A stretch of 64,000 nucleotides of DNA from an uncultured Anaerolineales bacterium (lineage in GTDB: Bacteria > Chloroflexota > Anaerolineae > CG2-30-64-16): contig CAZTMA010000005.1 in NCBI GenBank assembly GCA_964614645.1, positions 9,450-73,449 of the forward strand, in the 5' to 3' direction. How positions within the stretch are numbered: the first letter of the stretch is position 1; each line of letters begins with the position of its first letter. The position numbers were made by a program, and so were the translations under genes. Shown piece after piece: positions 56,386 to 64,000 of the stretch. The notes under the pieces are model-generated. The model searched no databases and had not been told where the DNA came from. It saw only the letters and a program-made list of their open reading frames with translations.

Positions 56386-57249
56386 TCAGGGCGCCTGCTG
56401 CACTTGGATATCACCCACCCGTGAGCGCAGGAAAAGCTCGGTGCCGCCGGGCTCCCCAACCTGCCCGGTGATCTCCTTCCCCGTAAAACCGGGCCGCTCT
56501 TGCTGGCCGACGACATCGAAGTCCACGGTTGCATCACCGATATCGCTGCGCGCTTCGATATGGAACGCGCTCTCACGCGGCAGTTGCAGCAGGATGCGTC
56601 CCACGTCGCTGGTCATCCGGTACGTGGCGCCGGTTGTTAACGTGCCTGCGAACCGGATGCTGGCGACCCGCGATTCCACCTCCAGCGCGGCCACCGGCTG
56701 CACATCCGTCAGTTCGACTTCGCCCACGTCGGCTGTGATCTGCACATCGCCGCGCACGCCGTTCACCGCAAGTTGGCCCACGCCGACCTTCAGGTCAAGC
56801 TGTGTCTGCTCGGGCACCGTCACCACCACGTCCACTTGGGGGGTGCGGGGGGTCGCGCTCGCCCCGTCCTGCCAATCCGGCCCCATGACTACAACCCGCA
56901 CGCCCCCAGCGGCCGGCTCGATGGTCACATCGATGCGATTCAGCGTACGCTGCGCTTCGGCGTCATTCCGGCCCCACGCGCGCTTCGTGGCCTCGACCGT
57001 CATCTGGCCGGGCCTGCCGGTGCGGACGGTGAGACTGCCCACTGGCAGGTCAACTTCCAGACTGGCCGGGTCGCTCACCTCCAGCGTACTGGCAACTGTG
57101 GCAGTCACCTCGTTGTTGGCGCTCCAGACCCAGTTCGCCCCGCGCTGCAGGTTGCGGGCGAGCACGAGACCGCCCAGGCTTGCAACGAAACAGCAGACCG
57201 CCAGCACTGCCAGCAGCAGGACAATCCACAGCGTGCGATTACTTCTCAT
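56386..57249 (-). CDS. DUF4097-like beta-strand-repeat protein (putative adhesin/LiaG-like) with an N-terminal transmembrane anchor.
   Basis: Start at ATG 57249 after GGAGGAG. N-terminal transmembrane segment. Repetitive (V/L)xVxTxxGD(I/V) beta-strand units. Confidence 0.55.
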   Translation of the reverse strand: MRSNRTLWIVLLLAVLAVCCFVASLGGLVLARNLQRGANWVWSANNEVTATVASTLEVSDPASLEVDLPVGSLTVRTGRPGQMTVEATKRAWGRNDAEAQRTLNRIDVTIEPAAGGVRVVVMGPDWQDGASATPRTPQVDVVVTVPEQTQLDLKVGVGQLAVNGVRGDVQITADVGEVELTDVQPVAALEVESRVASIRFAGTLTTGATYRMTSDVGRILLQLPRESAFHIEARSDIGDATVDFDVVGQQERPGFTGKEITGQVGEPGGTELFLRSRVGDIQVQQAP

Positions 57250-57387
57250 AGCTCTCCTCCGTTGGCAGACAGACCGATCCATCCGGCCCATCTGTCATTC
57301 ATTACGACTGGAGAGAGAGAAAGTTTCTCGGCAAGGCCGTTCCGCATCCGGGGATGCTCCACTCCGCAGTTCCCATAGATTCCGCTG

Positions 57388-59037
57388 TCAGGGCAGCATC
57401 GGAATCTTCACGCCCATGCGCTGCGCGGCCGCGATGGCCTCCGGGTAGCCCGCATCCGCATGCCGCACGATGCCCATGCCGGGATCGGTCGTCAGCACGC
57501 GGTGGAGCCGGGCCGCAGCCGCGGGCGTGCCGTCTGCCACCGTGACCTGGCCGGCGTGCTGGCTGTAGCCGATGCCGACGCCGCCGCCGTGGTGGAAGCT
57601 GACCCACGTCGCGCCGCCCACCGCATTGATGAGCGCGTTGAGGATGGGCCAGTCGGAGATCGCGTCAGAACCGTCGCGCATCGCCTCCGTCTCGCGATTC
57701 GGGCTGGCAACGCTGCCTGCGTCGAGGTGATCACGGCCGATGACGATGGGAGCGCTCACGCGGCCCGCAGCCACGGCCTCGTTAAAGGCCAGCCCGGCCC
57801 GCGCCCGTTCCCCGTACTTCAGCCAGCAGATGCGCGCGGGCAAGCCCTGCCAGGCGATCCGCTCCTGGGCCATGGTGATCCAGCGCCGCAGGTGCTCGTT
57901 CTCGGGGAACAGGTCCAGGATGATGCGGTCGGTCTCATAGATGTCCTGCGGGTCACCGCTCAACGCAACCCAGCGGAACGGGCCGGAGCCTTCGCAGAAC
58001 AGTGGGCGGATGTATGCGGGGACGAAGCCGGGATAGGCAAAGGCATCCTTGACGCCGTAGTCATAGGCGCGCTGGCGCAGGTTGTTGCCGTAGTCGAACA
58101 CGACTGACCCGGCAGCCCGGAAGTCCAGCATCGCCTGCACATGCGCGGCCATGCTCGCCATCGCCTGTGCCTGGTACCGGTCGGCATCGACCTGGCGCAG
58201 TTCCGCGGCCGCGGCCATACTCAGGCCGGCCGGGATGTAGCCCATCAGCGGGTCGTGTGCGCTCGTCTGGTCGGTGACGACATCCGGCCGCACCCCGCGC
58301 GCGACCAACTCCGGCAGCACCTCGGCGGCGTTGCCCAGCAGGCCGATGGACTTGGCCTCGCCGCGGGCGCGCGCCTCCTCGGCCCACGTCATCGCCTCTT
58401 CCAGGTTATCGGTCGCTACATCGAGGTAGCGATGCTGCAGCCGCCGCTCGATGCGCCACGGGTCCACCTCGACGACAAGCGCCACACCCCCGTTCATGGT
58501 GACAGCCAGCGGCTGTGCGCCGCCCATCTCGCCCAGGCCTGCGGTCAGCACCAGCTTGCCCCTGAGTGAGCCCCAGCCTTCCTGCCGCGCCAGGCTCCCG
58601 AACGTCTCATAGGTGCCCTGCAGGATGCCCTGCGTGCCGATATAGATCCAGCTCCCTGCGGTCATCTGGCCGAACATGATCAGGCCCTCGGCCTCCCAGC
58701 GGTCGAAGTTCGCCTGCGTGGCCCAATGCGGCACGATGTTGGAGTTGGCGATGAGCACGCGTGGTGCGTCCTCGTGCGTCCGGAATACCGCGACGGGCTT
58801 GCCGGACTGGACCAGGAGCGTTTCGTCCGGCTCCAAATTGCGCAGCGACTCCAGGATGGCATCGAAGGAGGCCCAGTTGCGGGCAGCCTTGCCGCGGCCG
58901 CCGTACACGATCAGGTGTTCGGGATCGCCCGCGACCTCCGGGTCCAGGTTGTTCTGGAGCATCCGGTAAGCCGCCTCGATGAGCCAGTTCTTGCAGGTCA
59001 GTTGGGTGCCGCGCGGTGCGCGAATCGTGCGTGACAT
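57388..59037 (-). CDS. hutU: Urocanate hydratase.
   Basis: Full-length family match. Start at the internal [13 protein letters not shown]. Confidence 0.9.
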   Translation of the reverse strand: MSRTIRAPRGTQLTCKNWLIEAAYRMLQNNLDPEVAGDPEHLIVYGGRGKAARNWASFDAILESLRNLEPDETLLVQSGKPVAVFRTHEDAPRVLIANSNIVPHWATQANFDRWEAEGLIMFGQMTAGSWIYIGTQGILQGTYETFGSLARQEGWGSLRGKLVLTAGLGEMGGAQPLAVTMNGGVALVVEVDPWRIERRLQHRYLDVATDNLEEAMTWAEEARARGEAKSIGLLGNAAEVLPELVARGVRPDVVTDQTSAHDPLMGYIPAGLSMAAAAELRQVDADRYQAQAMASMAAHVQAMLDFRAAGSVVFDYGNNLRQRAYDYGVKDAFAYPGFVPAYIRPLFCEGSGPFRWVALSGDPQDIYETDRIILDLFPENEHLRRWITMAQERIAWQGLPARICWLKYGERARAGLAFNEAVAAGRVSAPIVIGRDHLDAGSVASPNRETEAMRDGSDAISDWPILNALINAVGGATWVSFHHGGGVGIGYSQHAGQVTVADGTPAAAARLHRVLTTDPGMGIVRHADAGYPEAIAAAQRMGVKIPMLP

Positions 59038-59058
59038 ATGCACCTCCATCGGGGTATG

Positions 59059-60633
59059 TCAGGTGTTCTCAATAGAGGGTAGTGGCGCGTGACCCGTCGC
59101 CAGAGCCGCGTCCACGGCCTGCCGCAGCGTCCCATCCATGACCAGCCGGTGCACCGCGTCCATATGCGGGTACATTACGACATCGCGCTCGATGAACGGC
59201 ACGTGGCTGCGAATCAGCTCAAATGCGGCGCGTGTGCCGCGACCGAGCTGCGCATCGGGCAGAGCCGCGCGGCGGAAATCGATGGCCTGGGCCGCGGCCA
59301 GCAACTCGATGGCGACAATCCGCTGCACGTTGCCGATAATCTGCCGCGCCTGCCGTCCGGCAATCGGCCCGTTGGAGACGTGGTCCTCCCAGTTGGCAGA
59401 GGTCGGGATGGTGTCTGCGCTGGCCGGATGCACGAGCGCCTTGTTTTCGGAGGCCAGCGCGGCTGCGGTGTACTGTGTGAGCATGAAGCCGGAGTTGAGG
59501 CCGCCACTTTCGGTCAGGAAATCGGGCAGCACGTGGCGGTTGCTGCTGCCATCGGTCAGTCGCGTCAGGCGACGCTCCGCAATGTTACCCAGCTCTGTGA
59601 GCCCCAGTCCCAGGTAATCGAAGGCAATGGCGAGCGGTTCACCGTGGAAGTTACCGCCGCTGATGGCGATGGGCGTGCCGTCAGCCTCCCAGAAGATGAG
59701 AGGGTTGTCGGTCGCACTGTTCAGCTCGATTTCCACGACCCAGCGCGCGTACTTGATGGCGTCGTGACAGGCGCCGTGGACCTGTGGGATGCAGCGGAGT
59801 GTGTAAGCGTCCTGCACGTCGGGGTGATCGGGCGGGCGGACGAAGGTGGAACCGGCCAGCAGCTCGCGCAGGTGTGCGGCGCATTCGGTCTGCCGGGGAT
59901 GCGGACGAGCCGCGTGGATGCGCGGATCCAGCGCCCACAAGGTCCCGTGCAGCGCCTCAAGGCTCAACGCGCCTGCCACGTCTGCACAGCGGGCCGCGTT
60001 CTCTGCTTCTATAACCGCCAGGCTGCCGAGCGCGGCCATCAGCGCGGTGCCGTTGGTCAGGGCCAGCCCTTCCTTGGCCTCCAGCGCCACCGGCGCCAGC
60101 CCGGCCCGGCGAAGGGCTTCGTCGCCGGGCAGCCGCTCCCCGCGATATTCCGCCTCGCCCAGGCCAATCATCGTGAGGGCGATGTGGGCCAGCGGCGCGA
60201 GGTCGCCCGACGCACCGAGCGAGCCCTGGATGGGGACGATGGGATGGACGCCGCGCGCCAGCATATCCAGCAAGAGGTGCAGCGTCGCCAGGCGGATGCC
60301 CGAATGACCCTTCGCCAGAGTGTTGGCGCGAATCAACATCATCGCGCGCACGACCGGCGTCTCGAACGGTGCACCTACCCCAACCGCGTGGCTCATGACG
60401 ATGTTGCGCTGCAGCTCGCGCACCTGGTCGGCCGGGATGACGCGGTCCTTGAACGCGCCGAAGCCGGTCGTGATGCCGTAGATGATGCGCCCATCCGCGA
60501 CGAACTGCTCGACTGCAGCCCGCGCCCGGTTGACGCGCGCCTCGGCTTCCGGCGTCAGGCCCAGCACCGCCTCGTCCTGCGCATGAGCGACAGCCCATAC
60601 GGCTTCAATGGTCAGATGCTCGCCATCGAGCAT
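59059..60633 (-). CDS. hutH: Histidine ammonia-lyase.
   Basis: MIO-forming ASGDL motif and family-wide similarity. Start MLDGEHLTIEAV. Confidence 0.9.
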   Translation of the reverse strand: MLDGEHLTIEAVWAVAHAQDEAVLGLTPEAEARVNRARAAVEQFVADGRIIYGITTGFGAFKDRVIPADQVRELQRNIVMSHAVGVGAPFETPVVRAMMLIRANTLAKGHSGIRLATLHLLLDMLARGVHPIVPIQGSLGASGDLAPLAHIALTMIGLGEAEYRGERLPGDEALRRAGLAPVALEAKEGLALTNGTALMAALGSLAVIEAENAARCADVAGALSLEALHGTLWALDPRIHAARPHPRQTECAAHLRELLAGSTFVRPPDHPDVQDAYTLRCIPQVHGACHDAIKYARWVVEIELNSATDNPLIFWEADGTPIAISGGNFHGEPLAIAFDYLGLGLTELGNIAERRLTRLTDGSSNRHVLPDFLTESGGLNSGFMLTQYTAAALASENKALVHPASADTIPTSANWEDHVSNGPIAGRQARQIIGNVQRIVAIELLAAAQAIDFRRAALPDAQLGRGTRAAFELIRSHVPFIERDVVMYPHMDAVHRLVMDGTLRQAVDAALATGHAPLPSIENT

Positions 60634-60701
60634 GTATTGAGACACGCTATGCCTCCCCGAATAACAGCCTGTGGCAGGCGCCATGCGCCACTAGAACCCT
60701 G

Positions 60702-61127
60702 CTATGCGCTCCGGGCCAGCTCCAGCGCCCGCGCAATCATCTGGCGCACGGCCTCGGTCAGCGGGTAGGAGGCGAGCTCGTCCGGCGCAACCCAGCGCAC
60801 CTCATCCGCATCATCGCCGGCCTGCGCCTCGCCTGAGATGCAGTGGGCCAGGAAGTCGATCACGACGAAATGGTAGACCACGTGCTCCTGCTCGTCGCGC
60901 TGCACCGGCTCGAAGACGCCCAGCACCGGCCCGACAGCAACTTCCAGGCCGCACTCTTCGCGCACCTCGCGCTGCACCGCGTGCGCGGCTGCCTCGCCAA
61001 GCTCGATCAACCCGCCCGGCAGCGACCAGGCGCCGGCTGCGGGCGGATGTCCCCGCCGGATCAACAGCACCCGCGCGCCATCCCAGACCACGGCGCCGAC
61101 ACCTACGAGAGGCCGAGATGGATACAT
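60702..61127 (-). CDS. NUDIX hydrolase.
   Basis: Nudix box GGLIELGEAAAHAVQREVREECGL. Start at the internal ATG. Confidence 0.7.
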   Translation of the reverse strand: MYPSRPLVGVGAVVWDGARVLLIRRGHPPAAGAWSLPGGLIELGEAAAHAVQREVREECGLEVAVGPVLGVFEPVQRDEQEHVVYHFVVIDFLAHCISGEAQAGDDADEVRWVAPDELASYPLTEAVRQMIARALELARSA

Positions 61128-61261
61128 CCGCTCCGCTTGCTCGCTCACGCGCTCACCGTTCCTTGCCTGCCTGAAAACGACATCCTTCGACTGGCGGCCT
61201 GCGGTTGTCCAGGTTGCGTCGCCCAGCCGCTCAGGATACGCCGTTGTGGTTGCCAATCACC

Positions 61262-61296
61262 CATCCATAAAAGCAAGCCCCTGCCGGAGCAGGGGC
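61262..61296 (-). terminator. Rho-independent terminator downstream of the ferredoxin gene.
   Basis: Stem GCCCCTGC/GCAGGGGC with loop CGGA, followed on the minus strand by TTGCTTTTATGG. Confidence 0.55.
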
Positions 61297-61332
61297 CTGA
61301 ACGGAGATGGCAATATTTCCCCGTCTATGATT

Positions 61333-61608
61333 TCACTTCTTGGGGTAGCCGGGGCCGCTGTGGAAGTATTCGGCATTCAACTCGATGGACGCAACATACT
61401 GCGGGAACTCGATCTTAAGATCATCCTCAGCCCGGATCGCGTCCACCGGGCATTCAGGCACGCACGCGCCGCAGTCGATGCAGGTGTCGGGATCGATGTA
61501 GAACCAGGGCCATTCGTCCTCTGGCTCACCGGGTACGATGCATTCCACCGGGCAAACCTCTGCGCATGCCCCGTCGCGAATGCACAGGTCAAAAATCACA
61601 TGGGTCAT
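61333..61608 (-). CDS. 7Fe (3Fe-4S plus 4Fe-4S) ferredoxin, FdxA-type.
   Basis: CIRDGACAEVCPVECI and CIDCGACVPECPVDAI cysteine motifs with a C-terminal extension. Confidence 0.8.
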   Translation of the reverse strand: MTHVIFDLCIRDGACAEVCPVECIVPGEPEDEWPWFYIDPDTCIDCGACVPECPVDAIRAEDDLKIEFPQYVASIELNAEYFHSGPGYPKK

Positions 61609-61743
61609 TTCGTTTCCTCCTGAAAGTGGGGGGTGCTGTGAGATACGCAACGCGGCGACCAGGCCCCGTTCGTCTTGTGGCTGACGAAATTCTAATCCTG
61701 GTTGTACTGTTTGTCAAACAGCGCACGATGGATACAGATGCAA

Positions 61744-62427
61744 CTAGCTGCGGGCGACCTCGGCCAGGCGTTCCATGTCCAGAATGTCGATGCGCTTGCG
61801 TCCGATGTCAATCAAGCCCTGCGTCTTCATGTCGTTGAGCACCTGGGTCGCGGTCTCCCGATAAGTGCCGATGGTTTCCGCCAGGTCCTGATGCGTCAGG
61901 CCGACAATATCATTGGCGCCGCGTTCGTTTGCCAGCCGAATCAACAGCGAAGCCAGCCGCGCGGGGATGCCCTTGAAGGCCATGTCTTCCAGCCGGGACT
62001 CGGCATCATTGAGACGCCGCCCGGTAATCTCCAGCATCCGCAGCCCGACGACAGGCTTGTTGAGAATCAAGCGCTCCAGGTCGGCCCGGCTCATCACCAG
62101 AATCAGGCAGTCATCGAGCGCCTCGGCAAACGCGTTGTGCATCGCCTGGCCCAGAAGCGCCATCTCCCCGAAGAGCGTGCCGGGGCCTAATGTGGCGATC
62201 ACCAGCTTCTTGCCTTCCGGCGAGATGCGGTATAACTGGACGCGGCCCTCCTTGATCAGGAATAGCACCTCTCCGACATCTTCAGGTTGGTAGAAGACAC
62301 GGCCGCGTGGCACGTTGGTAATCGTGGTCATGCGGTCAAGCTCAACCATGTCCCGGTCCGACAGGTCGCGGAAAAGGTCTACATCCGACAGATAGTCCAG
62401 TTTTTCGTCCATGGTGGCCTCACTCAT
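61744..62427 (-). CDS. Crp/Fnr-family transcriptional regulator.
   Basis: cNMP-binding domain ([11 protein letters not shown]...GEMALL) and a C-terminal HTH ([19 protein letters not shown]). Confidence 0.8.
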   Translation of the reverse strand: MSEATMDEKLDYLSDVDLFRDLSDRDMVELDRMTTITNVPRGRVFYQPEDVGEVLFLIKEGRVQLYRISPEGKKLVIATLGPGTLFGEMALLGQAMHNAFAEALDDCLILVMSRADLERLILNKPVVGLRMLEITGRRLNDAESRLEDMAFKGIPARLASLLIRLANERGANDIVGLTHQDLAETIGTYRETATQVLNDMKTQGLIDIGRKRIDILDMERLAEVARS

Positions 62428-62510
62428 GCGCTGTACCGGCTCGCGGGCCGTACTGATGATTATAAAGCTTGCGAATGGAAATGACAAGGGCCTTGCGCTA
62501 TAATAGCGCC

Positions 62511-63995
62511 ATGACTCACGTGCCTGTGGCCTCATCCTCGCCATCGCCGTCCCCCAGCCACCCAGATGGCCGCCATCTGGATGGCCTGCTGCTGGCGGTG
62601 CTGACCGTCGCGCGCATCCGGCTCGACACGCTGGCGGAGGCTGCGGTGCTGCCGCTGAGACAGAACGACGTCGCGCGGCACCCATGGCTGGGGAGCCTGC
62701 TCTCGCCCGACGCGATGGCCTTGTTGGCCCAGCAGCAGACGGTGGACCCCATTGGGCTGCTGCTCATCGTGGCCGCGCTCGCGTGCCTCCTCGGCTACCT
62801 GCTGGTCTCTGAGTTTATGCAGCCGGGCCGCGCCCGCCACAGGACGAAGCTGGCACTCATCTGGGGCATCATCCTGCTCACGGTGTTTGCGTCCAGCCTC
62901 AAGCTGACCCTGCTGCGCCAGCAGAGCGGCCCGGCCTCCTACAGCCACGATGGCGGCGTAATTCAGACCGAGGTGACCATCGACTATCTGCTGGCGGGAC
63001 GCAACCCCTACGTAGAGGATTACACGCAGACCCCGATGGCGGAATGGGGCATCAACGAGTTCCGCACCGCGCTCTATCACTACCCGTACCTGCCGTGGAC
63101 GTTCCTGTTTTCTGCACCGTTCAAGCTGGCAAGCGAGGCCTTGCTGGGCTGGTATGACCAGCGGTTCGTCTATCTGCTGCTCTTCGCCCTGACCCTGGTG
63201 CTGGCAACAAGACTGACCGTCTCGGCGGAACGGCAGCGGCTGATGCTGATACTCCTGGGACTGAATCCGCTGCTGGGGTCCGACCTGATTTACGGCCAGA
63301 ACGACAGCTTCGTCCTGGCCTGGATTGTCCTCAGCCTCTTCCTCTGGCGACACAGCGTACGTCGCGCGGCCCTGGGCCACCCCCGCGCTCTCTGGCAAGC
63401 CGGGGCCGCGGTCGCCTTCGGCCTCGCCTGTGCCAGCAAACCGACGGCCTGGTTCCTGGCGCCCTTCTACTTCATGCTGCTGGCCGGCGGCGACCCGCGC
63501 GACCTCTGGCGCCGGCCCCTGGCCTGGGCAGGCCGGGCACTGCGGGCGGGCTGGCCCGCGCTGGCAACGGCCCTGGTCATTATCGGCCCTTACTTCCTGT
63601 GGCAGCCCACAGCCATGATTGACGATGTCTGGCGCTGGTCTGCCGGCACCTCGGACACCGCATACCAGATCTGGGGCTGGGGCGCCTCCAACCTGCTGCT
63701 GGCAGCCGGCTGGGTCAGCGATCGCTTTGCCTACTGGCCCTTCTGGATCCCCGAACTGGTGGTCGGGAGCGCATTGCTGGCGGCGCTGCTCAAAAAGCAA
63801 GCCGGCGTGAATACGCCGGCTCGTGTACTGTGGGGCTACAGCCTGTGGCTGTTGGCTTTCTTCTTCGTCTCGCGCTTCCTCAACGAGAACTACCTGAGCT
63901 TCATCCTTGCGGGACTGACGCTCGGCGCGCTGGTAGATGGCAGTGTTGCCACCGGAGATGATGCCGCAGGCCCGAAGCCGGCTGCCGTCCCTTAG
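62511..63995 (+). CDS. Polytopic integral membrane protein, possibly a GT-C-fold or DUF2029-like glycosyltransferase.
   Basis: 10+ transmembrane segments. A TATAAT lies 7 nt upstream of the ATG, which would make the mRNA leaderless. Confidence 0.4.
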   Translation: MTHVPVASSSPSPSPSHPDGRHLDGLLLAVLTVARIRLDTLAEAAVLPLRQNDVARHPWLGSLLSPDAMALLAQQQTVDPIGLLLIVAALACLLGYLLVSEFMQPGRARHRTKLALIWGIILLTVFASSLKLTLLRQQSGPASYSHDGGVIQTEVTIDYLLAGRNPYVEDYTQTPMAEWGINEFRTALYHYPYLPWTFLFSAPFKLASEALLGWYDQRFVYLLLFALTLVLATRLTVSAERQRLMLILLGLNPLLGSDLIYGQNDSFVLAWIVLSLFLWRHSVRRAALGHPRALWQAGAAVAFGLACASKPTAWFLAPFYFMLLAGGDPRDLWRRPLAWAGRALRAGWPALATALVIIGPYFLWQPTAMIDDVWRWSAGTSDTAYQIWGWGASNLLLAAGWVSDRFAYWPFWIPELVVGSALLAALLKKQAGVNTPARVLWGYSLWLLAFFFVSRFLNENYLSFILAGLTLGALVDGSVATGDDAAGPKPAAVP

Positions 63996-64000
63996 CTGGG

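Overview
This 64 kb window reads as a GC-rich bacterial chromosome segment, roughly 65-67% GC by eye. Codon usage is GC3-biased, GTG/TTG starts are frequent, and genes are packed tightly, often with ATGA/GTGA start-stop overlaps. The gene content looks Chloroflexota-like: an O-antigen ligase fused to TPR repeats, a short EF-Ts, and Wzx/Wzy-pathway enzymes. That placement is inference only.

I can support about 60 CDS, one tRNA-Thr(CGU), several intrinsic terminators and sigma70-like promoters, and three families of small repeats.

Main blocks along the window:
- 1-5.9 kb: a DinG-family helicase entering from upstream with an N-terminal DEDDh exonuclease domain, then efp, tRNA-Thr, and a ResB-like membrane protein pair.
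- 5.9-21.7 kb: a roughly 15 kb Wzx/Wzy-type polysaccharide locus. It carries WbpD/WbpE/WecB-like nucleotide-sugar enzymes, two acetyltransferases, a Wzx flippase, one GT2 and four GT4 glycosyltransferases, a 1194-aa O-antigen-ligase-TPR fusion, and a WecA-family initiating transferase.
- 21.7-26.1 kb: two cyclophilins, a DedA-family protein, RNase Z and Trm112.
- 26.3-28.8 kb: an 829-aa secreted protein built from about 13 tandem copies of a ~48-aa repeat.
- 29-33.7 kb: the rpsB-tsf-pyrH-frr-uppS-cdsA block.
- 39.3-44.7 kb: origin-proximal housekeeping genes, rpmH-rnpA-yidD-yidC-jag and parA-parB.
- 47.3-49.2 kb: selB.
- 54.4-55.9 kb: dnaA, with four same-orientation DnaA boxes and a bidirectional terminator immediately downstream. 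This is the candidate oriC.
- 57.4-60.6 kb: hutU-hutH.

The signals most worth a second look are heptanucleotide tandem repeats, (GGTTGCA)n paired with its near-complement. One copy forms a large intergenic hairpin. A second copy lies in frame inside a GT4 glycosyltransferase gene, which makes that gene a candidate phase-variable contingency locus.

Coordinates of non-coding features are good to about ±2 nt. I cannot run any searches, so every family assignment rests on motif recognition.
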